A stretch of 64,000 nucleotides of DNA from IMG/VR virus record IMGVR_UViG_3300045988_078326; one strand, given 5' to 3'. Positions 1-11,100 of this stretch are shown one piece after another. The DNA comes from a virus. The translations under genes and the position numbers were made by a program. A model generated the notes under the pieces. It had not been told where the DNA came from and searched no databases. It saw only the letters and a program-made list of their open reading frames with translations. Positions within the stretch are counted from its first letter, which is position 1. Each line of letters begins with the position of its first letter.

Positions 1-3
1 TCC

Positions 4-32
4 TTGATTTTTTATCTATTTTATGATATAAT
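4..32 (+). promoter_or_regulatory. sigma-70-like promoter for the early operon
   Basis: -35 TTGATT at 4-9, 17-nt spacer, extended -10 TGaTATAAT at 24-32. It lies directly upstream of the first + strand gene. Confidence 0.5.
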
Positions 33-69
33 ATTTATATAAGATTGTTATGAAAGGAGAGCGTAATGT

Positions 70-603
70 ATGGCTAAGCACATGGTAAAATGTTTTTACT
101 GTGGAGAAGTATTTGATGCATCAACTACACCATACGTTAAACCAAATTCAAGACGTTACGCTCATAAGACCTGTGCGCAAACGGCCGAGGAAAATAAAAC
201 GCAAGAAGAAAAGGATAGACAACTATTAGAAAATTATATAAAGAAGTTATTTGGAATTAACTGTATTTCTCCAAAAATTAAAAAACAAATTGAAACCTTT
301 AGAAAAGATAATAATTATTCATATACTGGAATGTATAAAACTTTAAAATACTTTTTTGAGATAAAAGGTAATTCTATTGAAAAGGCTAATGGAGGAATAG
401 GAATAGTTCCTTTTGTCTATGATGAAGCATATCTTTATTGGAGAGCATTATGGGAAGCAAGAGAAAGAAATGAGCAAATAGATATAGGAAAGTTTATTTT
501 GCCTGTAAGAGAAGTCCATATAGAACCTCCTCAACGGCAACCAATGAAACATATACGAAAGCTATTTACTTTCTTAAATGAGGAGGAAGCGCATGAAGAG
601 TAA
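70..603 (+). CDS. N-terminal zinc-ribbon protein; possible replication-initiation or helicase-loading factor
   Basis: 177-aa ORF with an N-terminal CxxC...HxxC cluster. It is the first gene of the replication module and overlaps the dnaB-like start. The functional assignment is inferred. Confidence 0.35.
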   Translation: MAKHMVKCFYCGEVFDASTTPYVKPNSRRYAHKTCAQTAEENKTQEEKDRQLLENYIKKLFGINCISPKIKKQIETFRKDNNYSYTGMYKTLKYFFEIKGNSIEKANGGIGIVPFVYDEAYLYWRALWEARERNEQIDIGKFILPVREVHIEPPQRQPMKHIRKLFTFLNEEEAHEE

Positions 604-2131
604 TTATATAGATACAGCGGCGATTACTTAGGTAATTGGATGTGTATTCAATAATGCTTCTATTCTTGATGATACAGATAAGTATATAATTCATGAAGAT
701 GACTTCCAAGAAGATTTTCATAAGATAATTTTCGGTAGTATCTATAATATCCATCTAACAGGTAGTCAAGTTAATATAGACGCGATTATAGATTATCTAG
801 CAAACAGACCAAAGTTTGACGCCATATTTAAGCAAAACAAGGGTGTAGAATATCTCCTTGAAGCATCGCAAAATGCAAGGCAAGATACTTTTAATTATTA
901 TTATAATAGATTAAAGAAGTTTACTTTGTTAAGAGCATATAGCAATTTTGGTCTTGATGTTAGCTATCTTTATGATCCAAATAATATCCTCGATACCAAA
1001 AAACGCCAAATGCAAGAAGATTGGCTGGATAATACTAGCTTAGTTGAAATAGCTCATGCTATTGATACAAAAATAGATGAAATCAAAAGTAAGTACATAG
1101 AAGATGATCTTGGATTAGGCTATCAAGCCGGAGACGGAATCAATGAACTTATTAGTGATTTAGAACAGCATCCCGAAGTTGGTATTCCACTATATGGCCC
1201 GTTAATTAATACAGTAACAAGAGGAGCAAGATTGCGAAAATTTTATTTGCGGTCGGCGGCTACGGGAACCGGTAAAACTAGATCTATGATAGCGGATGCG
1301 TGTAATTTTGCGTGCAATGAAATCTATCATGACCAATTTGGATGGATTAAAAATGGAACCTCTCAACCAACTTTGTTTATTGCCACAGAGCAAGATAAAA
1401 GCGAAGTTCAAACAATGATGTTAGCTTTCCTATCTGACGTAGATGAAGAACATATCCTTAACGGTCAATACTTTGAGGGTGAAAAAGAGAGGGTGCTAAA
1501 GGCCGCAGAAATAATTAAACGCAGTCCAATTTGGATAGAAGAATTACCAGATTTTTCTTTACAAGATGTAGAGAATAAAATAAAAAAGAATATTAGAGAA
1601 AATGAAGTTAAATATGTTCTTTTCGACTATCTTCAAACGTCGCTTAAAATTCTTGAAGAAATTAGTAAGAAGTCTGGGGGAGTTAGATTAAGAGAGGATA
1701 ATATCTTATTTATGCTCTCCGCTAGATTGAAAGATTTAGCTAATAAATATGGTGTATTTATCATGTCTGCAACTCAATTAAACGCCGATTATTAGAGTAG
1801 TGAAACGCCAGATCAAAATCTATTAAGAGGCGCAAAAAGTATAGCCGATAGAATAGACGTTGGCATGATTCTACTAAGTGTTACAGATGAGGACTTAGTT
1901 AAGTTAGATCCAATACTAGAGGGTAACAAGAACTTATTGCGTCCGAATCTAAAATTATCTATCTATAAAAATAGACGAGGTTCGTACAAAGGAGTATATC
2001 TATGGTGTTCTGCTAACTTAGGAACTTGTAGAATTTTACCACAATTTTGTACTAATTGGAGACATGAGATGGTGGGCATTGAAGATATTCGAGTAATTGT
2101 CGATGAAGGGCCAGCAGCTTGGGAAAAATAA
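593..2131 (+). CDS. dnaB: DnaB-like replicative helicase
   Basis: ATG at 593 joins ORF fragments 926..1795 and 1865..2131 in one frame. In-frame TAGs sit at 629-631 and 1793-1795. The N-terminal domain reads ...IDYLANRPKFDAIFKQNKGVEYLLEAS..., and the Walker A is RSAATGTGKT. The C-terminal part is DnaB-like. Confidence 0.85.
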
Positions 2132-2322
2132 TGGAGGAATATATAATGAAGAATAGTCAAGGTTTAGAGTACAGAATGAGCAAGAAAATGTTTAATGAGC
2201 TTCTTTCAAGCAGAACAGAGGAAGAAAAGAAACAGAATCCTTATGTTTATGTGATACAAATTATCAATGAGCAATTTGGCTTGAAAGAAACAGTAAATAA
2301 AGTATCTTTCTATGATGCTTAA
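2119..2322 (+). CDS. hypothetical small protein
   Basis: 67-aa ORF with an RBS-like GGAGGAA upstream, sitting between the helicase and primase genes. Confidence 0.4.
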   Translation: MGKIMEEYIMKNSQGLEYRMSKKMFNELLSSRTEEEKKQNPYVYVIQIINEQFGLKETVNKVSFYDA

Positions 2323-2324
2323 TT

Positions 2325-3428
2325 ATGTCAAGATACTATGATAAAGATGAGTTAAAGAGTAAACTTGAATTAGAACAAATTTATGATTTACTCGAAGCGT
2401 GGGGTGGTGAGCCTGAATATGTAGATGGCGGGCTCATCTCCCAAACTATATGTCATAATCTTCCCGGTGAAGGATCAAGAAAGTTATATTATTACGAAAA
2501 TACAAAACTTTTTAGGTGCTATACTGGATGCATAGATCCTACTTTTGATATATTTGACCTATGTATAAAGGTTAAAAAAAAGCAAGAAGATAAGAAATGG
2601 GAATTGTATAATGCTATGGATTATATAGCAGGATACTTTGGCTTCAACGGAGTAGAATTAGAAGATGAAAAAGAAGAATTAGAAGATTGGGATATATTTA
2701 GAAGGCATAATATTCAACTTCCAAAGTCCAAACAACCTATTTCTTTGAAAGAATATAATCCAATTATTCTTACTCGTTTTGCCTATCCTAGAATTTCAGG
2801 ATGGGAAGCTGAGGGAATTTTACCAGAAGTTAATAGAAGAAATTTTATTGGTTACTATCCTGGCGGAGGGCAAATAACAATTCCTCATTTCGATATTGAT
2901 AATAGATTAGTTGGAATAAGAGGGAGAACATTATCTTCTGAGGATGCAGAAAGATATGGTAAATATAGACCTCTTATGGTAAATAGACAGTTATACAATC
3001 ATCCTTTGAGCATGAATTTGTATAATTTAAACCATAGTAAAGAAAATATAAAAAAGGTGAAAGCCGCAATTATATTTGAATCAGAAAAAAGCTGTCTTAT
3101 GTATCAGTCTTATTATGGGTATGATAATGATATATCTGTGGCTTGTTGCGGAAGTAGTGTATCTAGCTATCATATAGATTTACTTAGGTCTTTAGGAGTT
3201 AATGAAATTATAATTGCTTTTGATAGACAATTTGTTGAGATTAGCGATGATGAATTTAAGAGATTAAAAGCAAAACTAATTCATATTTATAATAAATATA
3301 GTAAAAATGTTCGTATATCAGCTATATTTGATAAAGGAATGATTTTGCCATATAAAGCAAGTCCTATAGATAGAGGGCCGCAAATCTTTGAGAAGCTATT
3401 AAACGAAAGGATAATCCCTTATGAGTAA
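2325..3428 (+). CDS. dnaG: DnaG-like DNA primase
   Basis: CHC2-type zinc finger CHNLPGEGSRKLYYYENTKLFRCYTGC, followed by a TOPRIM-like region (IIFESEKSCLM...IIAFDRQFVE). 367 aa. Confidence 0.75.
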   Translation: MSRYYDKDELKSKLELEQIYDLLEAWGGEPEYVDGGLISQTICHNLPGEGSRKLYYYENTKLFRCYTGCIDPTFDIFDLCIKVKKKQEDKKWELYNAMDYIAGYFGFNGVELEDEKEELEDWDIFRRHNIQLPKSKQPISLKEYNPIILTRFAYPRISGWEAEGILPEVNRRNFIGYYPGGGQITIPHFDIDNRLVGIRGRTLSSEDAERYGKYRPLMVNRQLYNHPLSMNLYNLNHSKENIKKVKAAIIFESEKSCLMYQSYYGYDNDISVACCGSSVSSYHIDLLRSLGVNEIIIAFDRQFVEISDDEFKRLKAKLIHIYNKYSKNVRISAIFDKGMILPYKASPIDRGPQIFEKLLNERIIPYE

Positions 3429-3705
3429 AGAAGTTCTAAACTTAGTACCTGCTATTAAATCAATAGAAAAAGAGCTAAATGAATTGGCGCAGAGATATAA
3501 TAAGAAAATTCAACCATATTTAGATAGTTTAGAAAAACTTAGAGAAATAAATCAAGCGTGTGAACATTGTAACGGTACAGGTCGTGTTCTAAGAAACAGA
3601 TCTTGCGCAGAGGATGATAGGCCAGACCCTAATGATCTAAGTGATTATATTAAATGTAGGGGCTGTAATGGAACAGGACTGGCGCATCAAAATAAAAGGG
3701 AGTGA
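3421..3705 (+). CDS. DnaJ-type zinc-finger protein
   Basis: 94 aa with two CxxCxGxG motifs (CEHCNGTGRV, CRGCNGTGLA). Confidence 0.5.
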   Translation: MSKEVLNLVPAIKSIEKELNELAQRYNKKIQPYLDSLEKLREINQACEHCNGTGRVLRNRSCAEDDRPDPNDLSDYIKCRGCNGTGLAHQNKRE

Positions 3706-3711
3706 TAAGGA

Positions 3712-5463
3712 TTGGAATATTCATTAATAAATCCAAGAAATTAGAATTATAGTGCTTTAGAGCAAGTATTAGTTAATAGGGGTATTTAGTATAATGATAT
3801 ATAGCATTATTTAACAGTATCAGAAAAAGATAATTTATCCCCCTTACTTCTCAATAACATTGAGGACGCTGCTAAATTAATTATTAAACATATTTTAAAG
3901 GACGATTCTTACATCTATATCTAGGTAGATAGCGACTGTGATGGATATACTTCTTCTGCGTTGTTATTAAACTACCTTCATGCACAATTTCCTTCGGCCA
4001 TTAACAAGTTTATTTATAACTTTCATTCTGGCAAGATTCATGGAATAAAACCAGAGTTAATCCCCGAAAATGTTTCACTTGTTATTGCGCCAGATTCTAG
4101 CTCCAATGATTATCAAGAGCATGAAGAACTAGCTAATCGCGGAATTGACGTACTGGTCATAGACCATCACTTAGCAGATAAAGTATCCGAATATGCCTGC
4201 GTTGTTAATAATCAGCTTTGCGATTATCCAACAAAATCATTATCTGGTGTAGGAGTAGTTTATAAGCTATGCCAATATATGGATAGTATTTGCGGAACCG
4301 CATATGCGGACGATTATCTTGATATTGTAGCAACTGGTCTTGTTGGAGACATGATGGATATTCGAGATTTTGAAACTCATTATCTTATCCAGTAGGGGCT
4401 ATAGAGATCGAGTCTCCGCAATCCATTTATTAAAGGTATGGCTGATAAAAATGTTTATTAGTTAGGGAAAGGAGATTTAACTCCTATAGGAGTAGCGTTC
4501 TATATTGTTCCTCTTGTTAATGCTATTACTCGTGTGGGTACTCAAGACGAAAAGTAGATTCTATTTGAAAGTATGCTTGAATGGAAAGCATATGATCTTA
4601 TTCCTTCTACTAAACGAGGATGTAAGGGACAAGAAGAAACAAGATTAGAACAAGCACTAAGAGTTTGTACTAATGTTAAAAATCGTTAGACTAGAACTAG
4701 AGATGCAGAAGTTGAATGTATAGAGAATATAATCTAGGAAAATAATCTTCTGGAGCATAAAGTTCTGGCAATTAAATTAGATAATATGTCTATTGATAGA
4801 GGTATTACTGGGTTAATTGCTAACGAGTTAATGAGTAAATATAAACGACCTGTAGTTCTTCTTTCTAAAACAGAGCATGAAGGATTGGAGGCTTGGGAAG
4901 GGTCTGCTAGAGGATATGAAAAATCTAAAATGAAAGACTTTAGATAGTTTGTTAAAGAATCAAACTTAGTATTCCTCGCCGAAGGACACGCCAATGCTTT
5001 CGGTTTTGGTATTTATGATAAAGATTTTGAAAGTTTTATTTCATGGTCAGATAAATAGCTAAAAGATATAGAATTTTCTCCAAGTTACAAGGTAGATTTT
5101 ATTTACTCTATGTCAGATATTAATTCTAAGGATATTCTCGATTTAGGCGATGCAAAATATCTTTGGGGTCAAAATATCGACGAGCCGCTTATCGCGGTGG
5201 AAAATGTTGCAGTAACAAATGATATGATTGGTCTCATGTCACGAGACAAGAATCCTACTTTGAAGATTCAATTACCAAATGGAGTTACTTGCATCAAGTT
5301 TAAATCAAGCGAAGAGGAGCTAGATAATTTATCTAGCGAATTAGGTTGCGTGAGTATAAATTTGATTGGTAAACCAGAAGTAAATAGATACTTCGGTAGT
5401 GTGACACCACAAATTATTATTACAGATTATGAAATTATAAGTAGATAGAAGTATTACTTTTAA
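3712..5463 (+). CDS. recJ: RecJ-like DHH-family single-strand DNA exonuclease
   Basis: Hand translation with TAG read as sense joins ORFs 3961..4395 and 5110..5448. DHH motif I is VDSDCDGYTSSALL, motif III is VLVIDHH, and a DHHA1-like EGHANAFGF follows. Several in-frame TAGs are present (for example 3745, 3787, 3802, 3922, 5056, 5446). Start at TTG 3712 or nearby; end at TAA 5461-5463. Confidence 0.65.
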
Positions 5464-5502
5464 TGATTGCGCAACCTCTTACTAAAGGAGGAAACAATCA
5501 CA

Positions 5503-6270
5503 ATGAGACGTTTTATGAGTATTATACTAAGTTTAATCATTTTATTATCTATAATATGTAGTTGCAATAGTCCTTTCATTTCTATTGCATCAGCATATTC
5601 AGTACCGTATAACAGCAGTATTAGTTATACCTATAATGATTTAGATACATTGGTTGAGCTTATTGCGGAACAAATCTCTAATATGAACGCCGCACATCAA
5701 ATGGCCGATGCTGCTAGACAGTTAGGCTATTCTGAAAATCATGATGTTATCGAACTAGCCGTGAATGAATATGATAAGGCGAATGAGCTAAGACAATCTT
5801 ATCAAGATGTATATGATAACCTCATGGAACATTGGCATCAAAAGGAAGAAGAGTACCCAGTGGCAACATATATTTGGAGCTATTTCAAAGACTTAGGTTA
5901 TAACGATCAAGTTTGTGCGGGCATACTTGGTAATATAATGACTGAAGTTGGTGGTAATACATTGAACATTCAATATGAATTAAGCAATTCTTCATATTAT
6001 GGAATGTGTCAGTGGAATAAAGCGTATTCTGAGGTTTGGGGAGCCTCATTAGAAGAGCAATGCAATTATTTGAAAAATACTATTGAATATGAATTTAATA
6101 CATTCGGTCACGCCTATAAGAAAGGGTTTGACTATAATGATTTTCTAAATATGACAAGTATAACTGATACCGCTTTGGCATTTGCGAAATGCTATGAGAG
6201 GTGTGGATCTGGAAGTTATACGACAAGACAAAATAATGCAATTATCGCGTATAATTATTTTGTAAGCTAA
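5503..6270 (+). CDS. secreted or membrane-anchored lysozyme-like protein (phage tail-lysozyme family-like)
   Basis: ATG 5503 has a strong RBS (AAGGAGG). N-terminal signal/TM is MRRFMSIILSLIILLSIICSC. A conserved block AGILGNIMTEVGG...YYGMCQWNKAYSEVWGAS resembles phage tail-lysozyme or glucosaminidase-like domains. Confidence 0.45.
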   Translation: MRRFMSIILSLIILLSIICSCNSPFISIASAYSVPYNSSISYTYNDLDTLVELIAEQISNMNAAHQMADAARQLGYSENHDVIELAVNEYDKANELRQSYQDVYDNLMEHWHQKEEEYPVATYIWSYFKDLGYNDQVCAGILGNIMTEVGGNTLNIQYELSNSSYYGMCQWNKAYSEVWGASLEEQCNYLKNTIEYEFNTFGHAYKKGFDYNDFLNMTSITDTALAFAKCYERCGSGSYTTRQNNAIIAYNYFVS

Positions 6271-6279
6271 AATAAATAT

Positions 6280-6315
6280 CTGCGGGCTGGCCGGAACCTA
6301 GACGACCGCCCGCAG
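6280..6315 (+). terminator. GC-rich stem-loop; putative terminator after the lysozyme-like gene
   Basis: ctgcgggc...gcccgcag is a perfect 8-bp GC stem with a 20-nt loop, conspicuous in an AT-rich genome. A T-run lies about 20 nt downstream, which is not classical spacing. Confidence 0.35.
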
Positions 6316-6380
6316 GAAACTAAAATGGCTTTAACTATTTTTTGAGGTAAAATCGTCGGTTACGCGGTTTTATAAAATTT

Positions 6381-6575
6381 TTGGACAAATCCTACGAATT
6401 ATACTATAATAATATTCAGATAAGATATAAGAAAATAGGAGGAATTATTATTATGGTAAATAAATGTGTTGTATGTGGGAAGGATTTTGAGGCCATAAAA
6501 TCCACAAAGAAATATTGCAGTAATGATTGCATGAATGCTGCCAGAAGAGCTAGATATGGAGAACGACAAATTTAG
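6381..6575 (+). CDS. small zinc-ribbon protein
   Basis: 64 aa with CVVCGK...CSNDC. Confidence 0.4.
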   Translation: MDKSYELYYNNIQIRYKKIGGIIIMVNKCVVCGKDFEAIKSTKKYCSNDCMNAARRARYGERQI

Positions 6576-6980
6576 ATGGTTACTAATTCAATGGATTTAC
6601 ATAATAAAAGCTGTCTTATTTGTGGGAAAGATTTTACGCCTAAAACCCCCGCCGCGAATAATCGTCAATGCTGTTATAATTGTATGCCAGATGGAGTTCA
6701 ACTAACTAGAGGAATGTTTCTAGCTAAAATAAAAGAGCACCTAGGTGGAAGATGTATAAAATGTGGATACGATAAATGTTTAAAAGCTCTAGAATTTCAT
6801 CATTTAGATCCCTCTAAAAAAGATTTTACTATTAGTAACGATCATTTTAAGTTAAAAGAAGCGGTTGAAGAAGTAAAAAAATGTATTTTAATATGTTCTA
6901 ATTGTCATAAAGAATTACATGATAATTTATGGACTATAGATGAACTAAATCTTGAAGAAAAGGAGGAAGTAGAACCATGA
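6576..6980 (+). CDS. HNH homing-type endonuclease
   Basis: Two Cys pairs and the HNH core (CIKCGYDKCLKALEFHHLDP...CSNCHKELH). Its stop overlaps the next start as ATGA. Confidence 0.7.
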   Translation: MVTNSMDLHNKSCLICGKDFTPKTPAANNRQCCYNCMPDGVQLTRGMFLAKIKEHLGGRCIKCGYDKCLKALEFHHLDPSKKDFTISNDHFKLKEAVEEVKKCILICSNCHKELHDNLWTIDELNLEEKEEVEP

Positions 6981-8157
6981 CTCTAACTAACATGCAAGAG
7001 CAAGGTTTGAAAATCGCTGTAGCCCGATACAAAGCTCATGAGCCCTATACTTGTATCGCTGGCTACGCCTGACCGGAACAGGGAAAAGCACCTTAATTAA
7101 ATTTATTGTGGCTGCTCTTAATATGTATGAGGAAGAGGTTGCTTATATCGCTTTTACTGGAAAGGCTTCAGAAGTACTGCGAGAAAAAGGGTGTCCTAAT
7201 GCTCAAACCGCGCATAGATTACTTTATTATAGTAAACAAATGCCTAATGGTAAGTTTGTTTATAAACCTCGGCCACATATTGAATATAGTCTTATTGTTG
7301 TAGACGAGGTATCTATGTTACCTATTGATATGTGGGAATTGTTACTTTCTCATGGAGTATATGTTATTGCTTGCGGCGACCCGTTCCAGTTGCCACCTGT
7401 AGACAAGACTAAAGAAAACCATATACTTGACAACCCGCATATTTTCTTAGATGAGGTAATGAGACAAGCTAAAGAAAGCGATATTATTGTTACAAGTATG
7501 AATATCAGAGAAGGCAAATCAATCGTTCCAATGCGAGGAAATGATACTCAAATATTTAGAAAACAAGAACTTGTAGCTGGGATGTACGGTTGGGCCGATG
7601 AAATTCTTGTTGCGACAAATAAGAATAGATTTGATATAAATTAGTTTATGAGACTTGATGCCGGAAGAAGCTCAGAACCAGAAAGAGACGATAAAGTTAT
7701 TTGTCTAAGAAATACGTGGGATATTTGTTCTGTTAAAGATGAAAACCCTCTTATCAACGGCACAATAGGTTACTTAAAAGATTTCTCTCTAGTTACTATG
7801 CAGTACAAAACTCTTACTGAATCTTTTACGGCTCAAATACTTCTTTCTAGTATTGAGACAACCTCTGGAGACACCTATCTTGATGTTCCTATTGATTATA
7901 ATTCGCTTTTAACAGGTAAGAAAACTTTTACTCCACAGCAAGAATATTATCTTAATAAAAGAAAGGATAATCCACCTCTCCCAATAGAGTTTAACTATGG
8001 GTACGCAATCACTACTCATAGAGCCTAGGGTTCACAATGGGACAATGTATTGGTTATAGAGGAAAATTTTCCTTTCGATAAAGAAGAGCATGCTAGATGG
8101 CTTTATACCGCCTGCACTAGAGCAGCAAAGAAACTAACATTGATTTTAAAGAAATAA
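6977..8157 (+). CDS. dda: Dda/RecD-like SF1B DNA helicase, frame-disrupted inside the Walker A motif
   Basis: N-terminus MTLTNMQEQGLKIAVARYKAHEPYTCIAGYA resembles the T4 Dda start and runs into TGA at 7070-7072. Frame -1 continues as LTGTGKSTLIKFIVAAL... through ORF 7051..7644. In-frame TAGs at 7642-7644 and 8026-8028 continue to TAA at 8155-8157. Motif V reads THRA(TAG)GSQ, matching HKSQGS, and motif VI reads YTACTRAAKKL. Confidence 0.7.
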
Positions 8158-8199
8158 TATAGTATAATATATTATATAGTAATATAAGAGAGGTATAAT

Positions 8200-11100
8200 A
8201 TGAGTTACTTTAACAATCATTCGCATACGGAGTTTAGTAACTTGCGTTTGCTTGACTGTATAAATAAACCAGAAGAGCTGATTGATAAAGCTATTGAAGT
8301 TGGATTAACGGGAATAGCTATCACGGACCACGAATCTCTCTCCGCGCATATGAGAGTAAATAAATATGCGAAAAAAATCAAAGAAACTAATCCCAGTTTT
8401 GTTATAGCTCTTGGTAATGAAATCTATCTTACAGATACTAGAGATTTAGGACAAAGATACTATCACTTTATCTTAATTGCTAAAGACGAAATTGGTTATA
8501 GGGGACTAAAGGAGTTATCTTCTATCGCCTGGATGAATGGTTATTATGATAGAAGAATGGAAAGAGTTCCTTTGCTTAAATCAGAATTAAAAGATGTAAT
8601 GCAGAGATTTAAAGGGCATATTATTGGCACTACTGCTTGTATTGGCGGTGAATTAGGTCAATCCATTTTAAATCTAAATAATTGTGAAGAAATAAAAGAT
8701 GAAGTAAACGCAAAGCGTTATCATCAACAGATTGTAGATTTTATTACTTTCTGTATAGATGTATTTGGTCAAGATGATTTTTATATTGAGTGCGCACCAG
8801 CGTCATATCCTGACCAGATTATTGCAAATAAAAGAATGTTAAAAATTGCAGAAGCGTTCTCTGTTAATATGTGTATCGGCACAGATGCCCACTATCTAAC
8901 AAAAGAAGATAGATATGTCCATAAAGCATATTTAAATTCTAAGGGCGGAGAAAGAGAAGTCGATAGCTTCTATGAATTTACTCGTCTTATGGACGAAACT
9001 GAAACTAGAGAATTACTTCGTTTGAGCTATGAAGATAATATTATTGATTGGATTTTTAATTGCTCAAACGAGATTAAAGATAAAATAGAATTTTACTCTC
9101 TGGAAAAGCATCAGTCTATTCCAGAAGTAGAAGTAACTGATTACCCTCCTACTGCATGGTGGGGAACTAACAATGATTATGCAGATGAAATGTCTAAGTA
9201 TCCAATCCTAAAATCACTTTTCACTTCCGATAATATTCAAGAGCGTTATTGGATAAATGAATGCTGGAAAGCGCTAGAAGCAAAAGGTATTGATTGGATT
9301 GATAGACCAGAATATCCAGAAAGACTTGAAGAAGAAGCAAGAGTAAAGAGAGTGATTGGAGAGAAATTACAAACTTGTATGTTCGCTTATCCAAATACAT
9401 TAAAACACTATGTTGATTTGTTTTGGGATTGCGGAAGTACGGTAGGTGCGGGTCGAGGTTCGGCTTGTGCAGCTCTTAATCATTATCTTCTTGGAATTAC
9501 TCAGCTGGATCCAATCGAATGGGATCTTCCTTTCTGGAGATATATCAATGACAAAAGAACAGAACTTGGAGATATTGATTTGGACTTGGCTCCATCTAAG
9601 ATTCAAAAAATCTTTGCTGAAATCAGAAAAGAACGAGGAGAATTAGGGCTAGTCCAAGTATGTACCTTCGGAACTGAGGGAACTAAATCTGCCATATTGA
9701 CAGCCTGTAGAGGTTATAGATCTGACGATTATCCAGAAGGTATTGATGTTGATATGGCTCAATATATGAGTTCCCTAATTCCGCAGGAAAGAGGCTTCTT
9801 GTGGCCCATTGAGGACGTCGTTAATGGAAACCCAGAAAAGGGACGTAAAGCAGTTACTACATTTGTAAATACTGTAAATCAATATCCCGGTCTTCTAGAT
9901 ATTATTACTAGAATTCAAGGGCTTGTAAATAAACGTTCTAGTCATGCATCCGGCGTTATTTTGTTTGATGAAAATATTTTCGACAGTGCCGCAGTTATGA
10001 GAACACCAAAGGGTGCATTAATTACTCAATGGGATTTGCATGACCAAGAGGCTGCTGGTTCTGTTAAGTATGACTTTCTCTTAACAGCAGTTCAAGATAT
10101 TATTATCCAAGCTGTTGAATTACTACAAGAAGATGGAGTTATCGAAAAAGATTTAACTTTAAGAGAAGTATATAATAAATATCTTCATCCATCTGTCTTG
10201 CCTCAAGATGATAAAAAAATGTGGGATGCTTTAGCTAATGGTGATGTTCTTGGATGTTTCCAATTTGACTCAAGCGTTGGTGCACAAGCCGCGAAGAAGA
10301 TTAAACCTCAAAATCCGCATGAGATGGCTGACGCGAATGGATTGATGCGCCTAATGACTTCCGAAAAAGGTGCTGAAACTCCAATGGAGAAGTATGTTCG
10401 ATTTAAGAATAATATTTCTCTTTGGTATCAAGAAATGGACAGAGAAGGATTAACAAAAGAAGAACAAAGGATTCTCGAACCGCATTTCTTACGTTCTTAT
10501 GGTGTTCCTCCTAGCCAAGAACAAATGATGACCATGTTACAAGACGAGAATATCTGCGGATTTACTCTTGAAGAAGCGAATGCTGCAAGAAAAATTGTTG
10601 GTAAAAAGCAAATGAATAAAATCCCAGAACTTAAAGAAAAGGTCTTAAACTCTGCGAAATCTCCCGCGTTAGGACATTATGTCTGGACTTATGGCATCGG
10701 CCCGCAAATGGGTTATTCGTTCAGTATTATCCATGCTCTTGCTTATAGTTTTGTTGGTATGCAAACTCTGTATCTTGCTACTCATTTTAATCCGGTATAT
10801 TGGAATACGGCGTATCTGATTGTAAATAGTGGTGCTATTGATGAAGAAGAAGGAGAACAATCAGATTATACAAAGATTGCAAAAGCAATAGGAGAAATTC
10901 GTAATGCAGGAATTAAGGTTTCCCTTGTGGATATTAATAATTCTGACTTTGGATTTAAGCCAGATGTAAAAAATAACTAGATTCTTTTCGGATTAAAGGG
11001 TTTGTCAAATGTTAATAATGAACTGATAAAAACTATTGTAGATAATCGACCCTATGTATCTCTTGTTGATTTCTATAACAGAGTTCATCCTAATAAACAA

